Below are positions 9,191 through 18,343 of a stretch of DNA of 64,000 nt, piece by piece; position 1 is the first letter of the stretch, and every line of letters begins with the position of its first letter. Origin of the DNA: Pseudomonadota bacterium (GTDB lineage: Bacteria; UBA10199; 2-02-FULL-44-16; JBDRGF01). The stretch lies in the NCBI GenBank assembly GCA_043818055.1, contig JBDRGF010000075.1, positions 1,733 to 65,732 of the forward strand. Reading direction: 5' to 3'. The notes under the pieces are model-generated. The model searched no databases. It worked only from the letters and a program-made list of their open reading frames with translations, and was not told the origin of the DNA. The translations under genes and the position numbers were made by a program.

Positions 9191-9205
9191 TGGCACAATA
9201 ATTGC
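9191..9205 (+). promoter_or_regulatory. Sigma-54 promoter TGGCAC-AATAA-TTGCT about 60 nt upstream of precursor ORF A
   Basis: Exact match to the -24/-12 consensus TGGCAC-N5-TTGCW. It points into the precursor / radical-SAM operon. Confidence 0.7.
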
Positions 9206-9267
9206 TATAGAGATTTTCGAAGCTCGAGCAAAAACAAATTAACCAATAACAAAGAAAGGAGAGGAAA

Positions 9268-9360
9268 ATGGAAGCATTAAAAAAGGGCATTACCGAAATT
9301 GAAATCGTCACAGAAGGCTCTGAAGAAGAGATGCTTTGGGGAGTTGTTGGTGGTAAGTAA
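9268..9360 (+). CDS. Putative RiPP precursor peptide A (30 aa): MEALKKGITEIEIVTEGSEEEMLWGVVGGK
   Basis: Strong RBS AAAGGAGAGG 7 nt upstream. It is a tandem paralog of ORF B and lies immediately upstream of radical-SAM genes. Acidic leader-like region plus a Gly-rich C-terminus carrying Trp and Lys. Confidence 0.6.
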   Translation: MEALKKGITEIEIVTEGSEEEMLWGVVGGK

Positions 9361-9389
9361 ACCAAAAACAATTTAAAAAGGAGAGAAAA

Positions 9390-9488
9390 ATGGAAACGTT
9401 AAGAAAAGACATCAATGAAATTGAAGTTGTCACAGAAGGTTCCGAAGAGGAGATGCTTTGGGGCGTTGGCGGCAGCAAGAACAATTAA
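9390..9488 (+). CDS. Putative RiPP precursor peptide B (32 aa): METLRKDINEIEVVTEGSEEEMLWGVGGSKNN
   Basis: RBS AAAGGAGAGA. Shares 21 of 30 residues with peptide A, including the invariant EIE(I/V)VTEGSEEEMLWGV stretch. Confidence 0.6.
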   Translation: METLRKDINEIEVVTEGSEEEMLWGVGGSKNN

Positions 9489-9502
9489 TGAATTAATCGT
9501 GT

Positions 9503-10894
9503 ATGGGGGAGTCAAACTTGCGACTCCCCTCATACATCATATCTACTATGAAAAAACTACTATTAAATAAAAATGTTATTATCAGGGATGAAAGATCATT
9601 TTGGTTGATGTTTAATCCTAATAATGGAGCTACTGTTAAATTGAACAATGATATTGGTAGTCATATCAAAAAGACACTAGATAATGATGAAAAAAAATTA
9701 AACATACCAAACATCAGCGAAAGAACGATCGATGTTTTAAACAAGGAAGGATTTCTAATAAAAGATGGATGTAATAAAGAAGTCTCCCTGAACAATCGCG
9801 TTCAAATCGGTGAAAGATGCAATTGGGTGGTTGGCCCTCAGATAGAATTCAGTTCAAAAATCTCTCCCGTAGGGTTGCTTTGGGAGATAACAAACATGTG
9901 TAATCTGAATTGTGTTTATTGTTTGCCCAATGCAAAGGAAAAAAGAAAAAACAACAAAGAGTTATCAGCTAATGAATTGAACACCATAGTCGACAATATC
10001 ATAAGGGCAAAGGTTTGCAGGGTGACGATATCGGGCGGTGAGGCGTTGCTTAGAAAAGATGATATGTTTCAGATAGCCAGAAAATTAAAATCTGCAAACA
10101 TAATGGTGGGAGCTATTTCGAATGGATTGATCATTGACGAAAAGATGGCAGATGAGATTAAAGAATTGGGAATTCTCATGGGCGTTAGTTTGGATGCTCC
10201 GAAGGGAAATATCAATTGTATAACAAGGGGAAAAGGCGTTTTTGAAAAGGCTCTGACTGCTATTAGGTTGTTGAAAAAAAGAAAAATTCCATTTAATGTG
10301 ATATCTACAGTTACCAATATCAACTTCGACTACCTTCCAGAATTATTTCTGTTGCTCAGGTCTATAGGAGTTACCAATATCGGCCTTCAGGATTTAAAAC
10401 CATCAAATCCGGATGTGTACGAAAAATTTAAACTTACAAGAGAACAAGAGCTAAAAATAAATGACATGTACGCATATCTTAAATCAACTTATCCGGAGAT
10501 ATGCTTTAATGATAACGAATTGAGAATCTTTTCAGGATTGGTTGATAAAAATGGATGCGAAGACAAAACGATAATGAGGTGTTTGGCAGGCACAGTTACT
10601 GGATATATCAATAGCGAAGGTGACATGTTTCCATGCACAAGTTTAAAAAGCTTAAAAATGGGGAATGCTGTTGAGGATGAAATTACACAGATGTGGCAGC
10701 ATTCAGAAGCAATGAAAAAGCTAAAGAAAATGAAAAATCAAACTACAGATGTATTAAGTGGTTGTGATCAAAGCTGTCCCATCAAGAAAACTTGCGATGG
10801 GGGCTGCCGAGGAGAAGCCTTTTATTTAAATGGAGATTGGAGTTCCTTGCATCCTAGATGCTTGAAGATATTAAGATATGAAAATAAAATTTAA
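9503..10894 (+). CDS. Radical SAM enzyme with C-terminal SPASM-like Cys cluster (peptide-modifying maturase candidate)
   Basis: CNLNCVYCLP is the CX3CX2C radical-SAM motif. A C-terminal CDQSCPIKKTCDGGCRGE auxiliary-cluster motif is present. The roughly 100-aa N-terminal region ahead of the core could be a precursor-binding (RRE-like) domain. An alternative start exists at 9548. Confidence 0.75.
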   Translation: MGESNLRLPSYIISTMKKLLLNKNVIIRDERSFWLMFNPNNGATVKLNNDIGSHIKKTLDNDEKKLNIPNISERTIDVLNKEGFLIKDGCNKEVSLNNRVQIGERCNWVVGPQIEFSSKISPVGLLWEITNMCNLNCVYCLPNAKEKRKNNKELSANELNTIVDNIIRAKVCRVTISGGEALLRKDDMFQIARKLKSANIMVGAISNGLIIDEKMADEIKELGILMGVSLDAPKGNINCITRGKGVFEKALTAIRLLKKRKIPFNVISTVTNINFDYLPELFLLLRSIGVTNIGLQDLKPSNPDVYEKFKLTREQELKINDMYAYLKSTYPEICFNDNELRIFSGLVDKNGCEDKTIMRCLAGTVTGYINSEGDMFPCTSLKSLKMGNAVEDEITQMWQHSEAMKKLKKMKNQTTDVLSGCDQSCPIKKTCDGGCRGEAFYLNGDWSSLHPRCLKILRYENKI

Positions 10895-11909
10895 CACATT
10901 TGATTTTCTGATCACAAATGCATGCGACAAAAGATGCTCGATATGCTGCACCAATCCGCATGCCATGAATGAAATCCAGCATTTAAAATTCAATGATTTT
11001 TGTGGGGTTGTCGATTGTATCGAAAAATACTTAGAAGAAAAAAACGAAACAGGCAACTGGGGGATTTCGGGGGGAGAACCCTTTATGTATAGTGATCATG
11101 AGGTGGGAAAAAATTATACGCTGGTTGATATTGTGGAATATCTTAGCACAAAGAAATTTATAAATAGTGTTTCCATCAGAACGTCAGGCTTCGATATAAA
11201 TTCAAAACAAAAATTGATTTTTGATGCATTAGAGAAACTCAGAGCACGCAAATTTATCACTTTTACTACTAGCTACAATTTATTTCAAAAAGGAGACATC
11301 AACGAAAGATTGAAGTGGATTTTACCAATATGGCTGGAATCTCAAGATAATCTTGAGATTCAAGTTATATATAATAAATCCAATTATCAAAAGACCTTGG
11401 ATGGCTTAAATCAGTTGCTAAAGACGGCAAATTTACTTGTCGATAAATCACAGACCATAAAAATCTTGCAGGAAAGATTGCACAAGTCAAATTATTATAG
11501 CTGGTCTATCGATGGAAAGAGAGTGGATATCAAAACATACCCGGCGTATTCTCATGGGAAAATTGATGGTGAAGAGTTTTTTGAGTTCAAGACAGCAAAA
11601 TGCGTTTCACTATCAAAAGCGGATTCAAACGCTGTCTTAGTCGTTAATTTTGATGGAACGCTACATCATTGTTGTAATCCGTATTATAGTTTTAAAAGAC
11701 GGTTTTTTTCACCAAAGATAGAAGGTCTTTTAAGTGGAGGAATAGCATTGGAAGATATCGCCAATTTGTTTTCAGATGGTATGGAAAGGGTTCTGCTTGA
11801 GCCAAAAATAAAATATAATCTCCAGAGAGATTATTGCGATATGTGTTCAGTACTACTCTTTGGACCTGTAATTACAGCAGAAGGAAAGTTTTGTGAAAAA
11901 CCAAATTGA
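10878..11909 (+). CDS. Radical SAM domain protein (second maturase candidate)
   Basis: ITNACDKRCSICCT has CX3CX2C spacing. Downstream Cys pairs HHCCNPYY and CDMCS are present. It overlaps the upstream gene by 17 nt. Confidence 0.65.
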   Translation: MKIKFNTFDFLITNACDKRCSICCTNPHAMNEIQHLKFNDFCGVVDCIEKYLEEKNETGNWGISGGEPFMYSDHEVGKNYTLVDIVEYLSTKKFINSVSIRTSGFDINSKQKLIFDALEKLRARKFITFTTSYNLFQKGDINERLKWILPIWLESQDNLEIQVIYNKSNYQKTLDGLNQLLKTANLLVDKSQTIKILQERLHKSNYYSWSIDGKRVDIKTYPAYSHGKIDGEEFFEFKTAKCVSLSKADSNAVLVVNFDGTLHHCCNPYYSFKRRFFSPKIEGLLSGGIALEDIANLFSDGMERVLLEPKIKYNLQRDYCDMCSVLLFGPVITAEGKFCEKPN

Positions 11910-13314
11910 ACAATTGATCAGCTATTTTCCTGGCGATTATGTCGAAGCCGCGGTTCAGCATAAGATGGTAAACTCATTCTCTTTGCTAAATGGAAAAGGA
12001 GATGGAACTGATTTCAGCGGGACAAAAACTTCTGCGAGAGTGACTTTGTACAGGGGTGGACAAAGGCTTCACCTGCCGATCAGAGAAATAAATGGCAGAA
12101 TTTCATTTTCGGATTTAAAAGATAAGATTTTTAATTCTCATTTCGATAATAAATTTGATGTATATTATAATAAAAACGGTTTTCAAAGGCTCCAAAAGAA
12201 ATCTAAGAATATACTCCGAGATAAAGAGGCTTTTTACTTAACAAAATGCAAGTTGCCTTTCAATTCAATCAACAACAACACAAAAAGAGAGATATTTGCA
12301 GATAGATTGATAAAATGTGATAGGTGTAAGCCATCCTTTGTCGATCTGATAATTTTTTATCAGGATTCTATGACAGAAACCTGCTATTATAATTCCAACA
12401 ATTTCTATCATAACAGAGTGGATAGCATGATTGAATTCTCCGGTTTTCTTAAATATGAGAGAAAACTATATCCAATTTTTTCGCACAACGAAATGGCAGG
12501 ATTGGAAGTTTTGGTTGATTATGTTTTTGGGAATGGATTTGAAGAAAAGATCGAGATGATAAAAGTATTTAAGAATGCATGGGCTACAAAAATAAAGTCG
12601 GGAATCTATAATGTGATCTTGGACCCAACGCTTGGTGCGGGCTTAATTCACGAAGCATTTGGTCATACTTGTGAGGCGGACATCTCATTCAGTAAAAATG
12701 TTAAAGGTCGAAGGGAGTTATTTGCCAAATTTAGAAATGAAGACATCACTATTGCCGATGATCCAACAATTGCTGAAAAGGGGTTTGTCTATATTGATGA
12801 CGAAGGGGTTATGGCTAAAAAAAAATATCTTGTTGAAAAGGGAGTTCTTAAATCCTGCATGCATTCAATATTTACAGCTACAAACAATAATTCAGAAGTT
12901 ATGGGAAATGGCAGAACATCTGATGCGAGCCAAATTCCAATTCCAAGGATGACAAACACTTATATCGAGCCAAAAAATATCAGTCTGACAGAAATGTTCA
13001 GTTCCCTTGACAATGGATTGTATCTCAAAGGTAACATTGGAGGTGGTAAAACAAACGGAAGAAAGTTTTCTTTAAATGTTGAACAAGGATACATTGTAAA
13101 AAAGGGGAAAATAACAGGGAGCCCTATCTCAAATCTTGTCATAAAGGGAGATTGTTTTGCTACGATCAATAATATTGTCAAAATAGGAAATGATTTAACA
13201 TTTGTGAAAGGTTTTGGAGGATGTTCAAAAAAAGGACAAAACAATCTTCCAGTGTCGGGTGGGTCTCCTCATCTTATGGTAAAAAATGTTTTTGTAACGC
13301 ATGTTGAAAGTTGA
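11893..13314 (+). CDS. TldD/PmbA-family metallopeptidase (candidate leader peptidase)
   Basis: LIHEAFGHTCEAD is the HExxxH-type TldD/PmbA signature. The Gly-rich C-terminal beta-region fits the family. GTG start overlaps the upstream gene. Confidence 0.7.
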   Translation: MKNQIEQLISYFPGDYVEAAVQHKMVNSFSLLNGKGDGTDFSGTKTSARVTLYRGGQRLHLPIREINGRISFSDLKDKIFNSHFDNKFDVYYNKNGFQRLQKKSKNILRDKEAFYLTKCKLPFNSINNNTKREIFADRLIKCDRCKPSFVDLIIFYQDSMTETCYYNSNNFYHNRVDSMIEFSGFLKYERKLYPIFSHNEMAGLEVLVDYVFGNGFEEKIEMIKVFKNAWATKIKSGIYNVILDPTLGAGLIHEAFGHTCEADISFSKNVKGRRELFAKFRNEDITIADDPTIAEKGFVYIDDEGVMAKKKYLVEKGVLKSCMHSIFTATNNNSEVMGNGRTSDASQIPIPRMTNTYIEPKNISLTEMFSSLDNGLYLKGNIGGGKTNGRKFSLNVEQGYIVKKGKITGSPISNLVIKGDCFATINNIVKIGNDLTFVKGFGGCSKKGQNNLPVSGGSPHLMVKNVFVTHVES

Positions 13315-13319
13315 TGTAA

Positions 13320-15293
13320 ATGAATATGAAGATACTCTTAGTCAATCCATATTGGTCCATAGTTTCTAAATATACTCCTTATAGTTTATTGCAATTGGGG
13401 TCATATATCAATGCAAAGACAATTCATAAAGCAGAAGTGTTAGATCTCAACATTGAATTACATGATGATATGTACAATCCTCACATTCTTATTGAAAAGG
13501 CTTGTAATTTGGTTTTGCAAAAGGATTTTGACATATTAGGGATTTCGGTCACCACTATAGACCTTCCGTTTACAGTCAGCTTTACCAAAAAATTTAACAA
13601 ATTGTGCAATAAGCCAGTTGTTTTAGGAGGGATTCATGCAACTCTTGCCCCAGATGAGTTATTTTCACTTTGTCCAGTTGATTACATTGTTCGTGGAGAG
13701 GGAGAGATAACTATTTCCAACCTTCTGGATAATTTGGATATAATGAACAATAAAAATCTTAAGGACATTATGGGTCTTTCTTATCGTGATGGGAGTGCGA
13801 TAGTTCACAATAATAACAGAAAAGTAATTTCCGATCTTTCTATCCTGCCTCTAGTGGATTATCAACTCATAAAACCATTGAAACATTATTTTATCAACAA
13901 ACTTAAAAAAAGTTATATCATGTGCAGCAGGGGATGTGGATACAATTGCAAGTTTTGTTCAGGCAGTCGAATATGGATGAAACAGCGCAGATTTCCCATT
14001 GATAGAATATTGAATGAAATCAAATTTCTAAAAGATTCCGGATCCGAGTTCATTTCCATCCAGGATGATTGTTTGACTATGAAGCGCTCCTGGTTTTTGG
14101 AGTTGGCTGAAGGCATTGGAAAAATAGGCATTAATTGGGGATGTTTGAGCAGGCTCGACCGCATTGATGAAGATATGCTTGATACAATGAAATCAAGCAG
14201 GTGCAAAGAGGTCTATTATGGCATAGAGTCGGGTAGCCCAAGGGTAAGAAAATTTTTGGAAAAAGGACTGATGTTTTCAAATGAAATAATTATAAAAAAA
14301 GTCAAAGACACTTTGAAAAGGGGAATTAATCCAATTTGCTCTTTTATGACAGGCATACCGACTGAAACTGAAGAAGAGTTCAATGAAACGGTTAATCTGG
14401 CCGTTGAAATTAAAAGGTGTGGTGCAAAACCTCAACTCAACCTGCTCACTCCACTTACTGGGACTAGACTCAAAGAAGAATACAAAGACAAAATTATTAA
14501 ATATGACAAGTGGGAGAAAATAGGTTTTGCAGACATTTTTGCAAAGGATCAACATTGGCTATTCAACTATCTTCTGGATGAGTTGAAGGATTATCTTCCG
14601 GACTATTATTTGTTCAAAAATCAAATGCCGCTTAATAGATTTGTTTCAAAGTATATGAAAGCCAGAAAAGAGCTTTCCCTCGAGAGCAAAAGCAACAAGA
14701 TGTTTTTTCTAGATAGAACAGAAGATGAGATATTGGTGCTCAATGGTGAAAGGTTGCGTGTCGATAAAAGCAGTTTTATAGAATTAAAACTCGAATGCGG
14801 CATGCTTGATGAGTACAGAGCTCAGCGCAATAAGCTTTCTTCTAATATCATTTTTATTCAATTTAAATATTCATCCTTCAAGTGCAATATTATTCCTGAA
14901 ACAAAGGAATTTTTAACAGAAATCTTAAAAGAAATTAATTCTGGGTATCGTATAATTATATTAAATCCCCTGCCGCGTTGTTCACTGTCGGATGAAGCGA
15001 CGAAACTGTTACGTGAGATAACGCTCCCTCATAATTGTCTTTGGTGTTCAAATCTTTTTTATAAATGTTTGGATAAGATAAAAATGTGCTCAGCCATAGG
15101 GGATGATGTTGAGCTCAAGGTTCCATTTGAACACATAGATAGCAGGAATAGAATATATCGCTATTTTGTAAAAGAAACTTTGGATAAAAATATAATCAGT
15201 GATAAAAAGTGTAGTGAATGTTCAATGCAACGAGATTGCACTATGCTTTGCATAGGTAGAGGTGATCGACAAAACAATGAGAGTTTTGCATGA
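13320..15293 (+). CDS. B12-binding-domain radical SAM protein (class B-like) with a Cys-rich C-terminal extension
   Basis: The N-terminus MKILLVNPYW...VLGGIHATL resembles a B12-binding domain. YIMCSRGCGYNCKFCSG is the radical-SAM cluster. The roughly 190-aa C-terminus has several CxxC motifs. Confidence 0.7.
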   Translation: MNMKILLVNPYWSIVSKYTPYSLLQLGSYINAKTIHKAEVLDLNIELHDDMYNPHILIEKACNLVLQKDFDILGISVTTIDLPFTVSFTKKFNKLCNKPVVLGGIHATLAPDELFSLCPVDYIVRGEGEITISNLLDNLDIMNNKNLKDIMGLSYRDGSAIVHNNNRKVISDLSILPLVDYQLIKPLKHYFINKLKKSYIMCSRGCGYNCKFCSGSRIWMKQRRFPIDRILNEIKFLKDSGSEFISIQDDCLTMKRSWFLELAEGIGKIGINWGCLSRLDRIDEDMLDTMKSSRCKEVYYGIESGSPRVRKFLEKGLMFSNEIIIKKVKDTLKRGINPICSFMTGIPTETEEEFNETVNLAVEIKRCGAKPQLNLLTPLTGTRLKEEYKDKIIKYDKWEKIGFADIFAKDQHWLFNYLLDELKDYLPDYYLFKNQMPLNRFVSKYMKARKELSLESKSNKMFFLDRTEDEILVLNGERLRVDKSSFIELKLECGMLDEYRAQRNKLSSNIIFIQFKYSSFKCNIIPETKEFLTEILKEINSGYRIIILNPLPRCSLSDEATKLLREITLPHNCLWCSNLFYKCLDKIKMCSAIGDDVELKVPFEHIDSRNRIYRYFVKETLDKNIISDKKCSECSMQRDCTMLCIGRGDRQNNESFA

Positions 15294-18200
15294 AAAGGAT
15301 ATATACAGAAAGATTCTACATTCTTTCGGTTGCTGTCATCATCATTCTGGCGGGTATCTATTACTCCCTAAGAATCCCCATAGAGTTATATCCCAACGCC
15401 ACTCAGACGAAAATAACAGTCCAAACTCATTATAAAAGTCTATCTCCTTTCGCCTTTAAAGATCGTTATGGAGATTTGATAGAAAAAGAATTGAATGGAG
15501 AAGGCGAATTTGAAGAGGTAGATTGTAAATATCAATACGAATATGCAATTTGCAGGGGAAAGTTGCCGTTCGGTTCAGATGATCATGTAATTTTGGAAAG
15601 GGTAAAAAACAAGCTTGAACCAATTTTTTTGTCATTTCCCGCTGAATGGAAAGAGGCAGAGGTAAACTTTGGCGATTCCAACAAGGGAGTTCTTATAATA
15701 GCATTATACTCAAAAAATATACCTCTGAAAAAGGTCTATGATGAGATATCGCCATCGATCAATTCGTTCCTTTCGACTCATCCCGATGTCAGTGTCGGTG
15801 AAGTTTCAAATCTTTTTGAAAAAAAGATTTCAATAAGCATAAAACCAAATGTTGAAAATAAAATCACCAAAGAAATGATCTTTAATCAACTTAGTTCTTC
15901 AAACAATGATATTAAAACCATTGGAAACATTTCCATTGAAGGAAATATTCTTTCAATAGAAGCAAGTTCAAAATTGATAGAAAGCCTTGATGATCTCGAA
16001 AATTTCAAGCTTTTGACCAAACAAAATGAGATACTAAAGCTGAAAGATATCGCCGACGTAAAAATCATTCCAGTCGAACCTAATGAATTGTTTAAAGGAA
16101 ATAATCAAAATTCACTCATAGTGTGGGTTGCTCCTCAGGCAAAGGCTAACCTGGTTAATTTTAGCGATTCCATCGAATCCAAAGTCAAAGCAGAGATTAA
16201 ACGTTTCAACGGCGAAGTTACTGCTCAAACGCTTTTGAATCCGGCATCTTTTATCAGGAACGCGGTTAAAGACATTTTGTATTCATTGATTATCAGCGTG
16301 ATACTCTCTGGAATTGTCGTCTTCTTGTTTTTGGGATCCTTGAAATATTCCACAGTTATAAATCTAGTCATGCCCTTGTCGTTATTTGGCACTATTTTAT
16401 TCATGTATATCTTAGGTATAGAAGTGAACCTCATTTCAATGGGGGCAATGGCCATTGCAATAGGCATGGTTGTCGATGCATCTATAGTGGTAATAGAAAA
16501 TATTTTTAGGCACCTGCAAAATACGCATCCGAAGGATTATTCCGAGAAACTTGGAATCTATGTCAAAGCTGTATCAGAAGTTAAAGGTGCACTTTTTTCG
16601 TCAACGATAACGACCATATGTGTTTTCGTGCCACTGCACTATGCCTCTCCTCTTGTCAGCGCCATCTTGGGAGATGTTGCGACGGTGATGACGCTCAGTC
16701 TTTTTCTTTCCATGATAATGGCCATCTTTTTTGTTCCTTCAATCCTTTTGTGGATAAATCCAGATATCACGCAGATGGAAAATTTAAAGCACAAGTCCAA
16801 TTTTCTAAATAGATGTTTTACAAATATTCAAAAATACTACTCAGAGGCAGTTAAATGCTTTATCACAAATAAAGTCATCAATGTCCCGATTATAATAACA
16901 TTGTTAATCCTCTTTTTACTATCTTTATATTTGGCTGTTTACAAGATTGACCACGAACTTATAGCAACACCGACATCAGATATAATTGTTTTTCATAGGG
17001 GTAATTCAAAAGACGTTGACAGCATTGCTACGCAGGAAAAGGATTTTCACGATACTGAGCGGGAGGTGTTTAAGCTAACATCTGACTATGTTGATTTTAC
17101 GCTTACCGTCTTGCGCAAGGATTTAGCGATGATGTTGTTGCACATCAAAAATGAAAAATACAAAGAAACATTGAAACAACTTCTCATAAAAAAATATAAG
17201 AGCTCAGAAAAATATGAATTCAAGGTAGTCGATTGGGTTCCAACGCAATTTGAAATACCAGACCCACCACAGATGAAGGTGTTGATCGGCGGTGCAAGCC
17301 CAGCTGAAAGCAAATTGATTCAGGCTGAGGTGGAAAAATTCATTTTAGCAAACAGCAAAACGGTAAGGTCTTATTCCATTCCGACAAGCCTAACTTCGGA
17401 TGAGATAATCGTTGATATAGACGTTGAAAAACTGGGTTATCAAAACAGAATTCACGGAACATCTTATTCAAAAAAACAAATCCTTGATATCTTGAATTTT
17501 CACGCGAAAGAAAAATATTTAAGGCACATGAAGTTTGATGGAGCAAAAACAGCGGTATTTCTTGAATCGGACTATCCCAAATTAAAGAGAGAAAAGATTT
17601 CAAGCTTTAGCATACCGTTTGGGAACGGATCGCTAACGCTGGATAAAATCGCAGACATAAAATTAGTCAAATCAGATAGTGAGATTCACAGCTACAATGG
17701 TGGTATGCAATATGAAGTAGATGCCTTTTTTTCGGACAAGGGCTTCACATATTTCGATGAATTTTCAACAACATTAATTCATAAATTTGGTAAAGAGAAA
17801 ATATCAACACATTATCCTTATGGACTGATAAACGATACAATAAACAAACTCTTTTGGGCATTGGCTGTTTCCTGTTTGCTCGTATTCCTTGTGGTTTTTT
17901 TACAATACAGGAACATCTATTACACCTTAATAATATTGATGGCAATTCCTACTAGCGTGATTGGAGCTCTCATTTCATTATATATATTCAAATCAACTCT
18001 TGGCATGAACGCGCTTTTGGGTCTCATTTTGCTTTCAGGCATAAGTGTCAACAGCACAATCATCATCATAGATTTTTACGATAAAATAGGCTCTGACGAC
18101 ATCGCTGACGGAATTGTTCAAACGATGAACTTGAGATTAAAGCCAATTTGCATGACTGCCTTTACCACTGTCATAGCAATGGTACCCATCGCTGTAAAAT

Positions 18201-18343
18201 TATTCAGCGGTTCAGAGGCGCTGCAGCCGCTGGGAATAACGATAAGTTGCGGATTATTTGTTTCAACACTATTGATACTCTTTATCGTTCCCTGGCTACT
18301 CTATTGTTTGCCGAAGAAGAGAGTTGGGAAATCACAGTTATGA
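15290..18343 (+). CDS. RND-superfamily (AcrB/HAE-like) efflux transporter permease, 1017 aa
   Basis: The N-terminus SLRIPIELYPNATQTKITVQT matches the AcrB motif. Two 6-TM bundles are separated by large extracytoplasmic domains. Confidence 0.75.
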   Translation: MKRIYTERFYILSVAVIIILAGIYYSLRIPIELYPNATQTKITVQTHYKSLSPFAFKDRYGDLIEKELNGEGEFEEVDCKYQYEYAICRGKLPFGSDDHVILERVKNKLEPIFLSFPAEWKEAEVNFGDSNKGVLIIALYSKNIPLKKVYDEISPSINSFLSTHPDVSVGEVSNLFEKKISISIKPNVENKITKEMIFNQLSSSNNDIKTIGNISIEGNILSIEASSKLIESLDDLENFKLLTKQNEILKLKDIADVKIIPVEPNELFKGNNQNSLIVWVAPQAKANLVNFSDSIESKVKAEIKRFNGEVTAQTLLNPASFIRNAVKDILYSLIISVILSGIVVFLFLGSLKYSTVINLVMPLSLFGTILFMYILGIEVNLISMGAMAIAIGMVVDASIVVIENIFRHLQNTHPKDYSEKLGIYVKAVSEVKGALFSSTITTICVFVPLHYASPLVSAILGDVATVMTLSLFLSMIMAIFFVPSILLWINPDITQMENLKHKSNFLNRCFTNIQKYYSEAVKCFITNKVINVPIIITLLILFLLSLYLAVYKIDHELIATPTSDIIVFHRGNSKDVDSIATQEKDFHDTEREVFKLTSDYVDFTLTVLRKDLAMMLLHIKNEKYKETLKQLLIKKYKSSEKYEFKVVDWVPTQFEIPDPPQMKVLIGGASPAESKLIQAEVEKFILANSKTVRSYSIPTSLTSDEIIVDIDVEKLGYQNRIHGTSYSKKQILDILNFHAKEKYLRHMKFDGAKTAVFLESDYPKLKREKISSFSIPFGNGSLTLDKIADIKLVKSDSEIHSYNGGMQYEVDAFFSDKGFTYFDEFSTTLIHKFGKEKISTHYPYGLINDTINKLFWALAVSCLLVFLVVFLQYRNIYYTLIILMAIPTSVIGALISLYIFKSTLGMNALLGLILLSGISVNSTIIIIDFYDKIGSDDIADGIVQTMNLRLKPICMTAFTTVIAMVPIAVKLFSGSEALQPLGITISCGLFVSTLLILFIVPWLLYCLPKKRVGKSQL

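Noticed and set aside
18148-18339. N-terminal 64-aa extension of the MFS ORF given by the six-frame track
   Set aside because: It would overlap the last 190 nt of the RND gene. ATG 18340 (MKMLGALKL) overlaps the RND stop as ATGA, which is a typical coupled junction, and begins directly before TM1.
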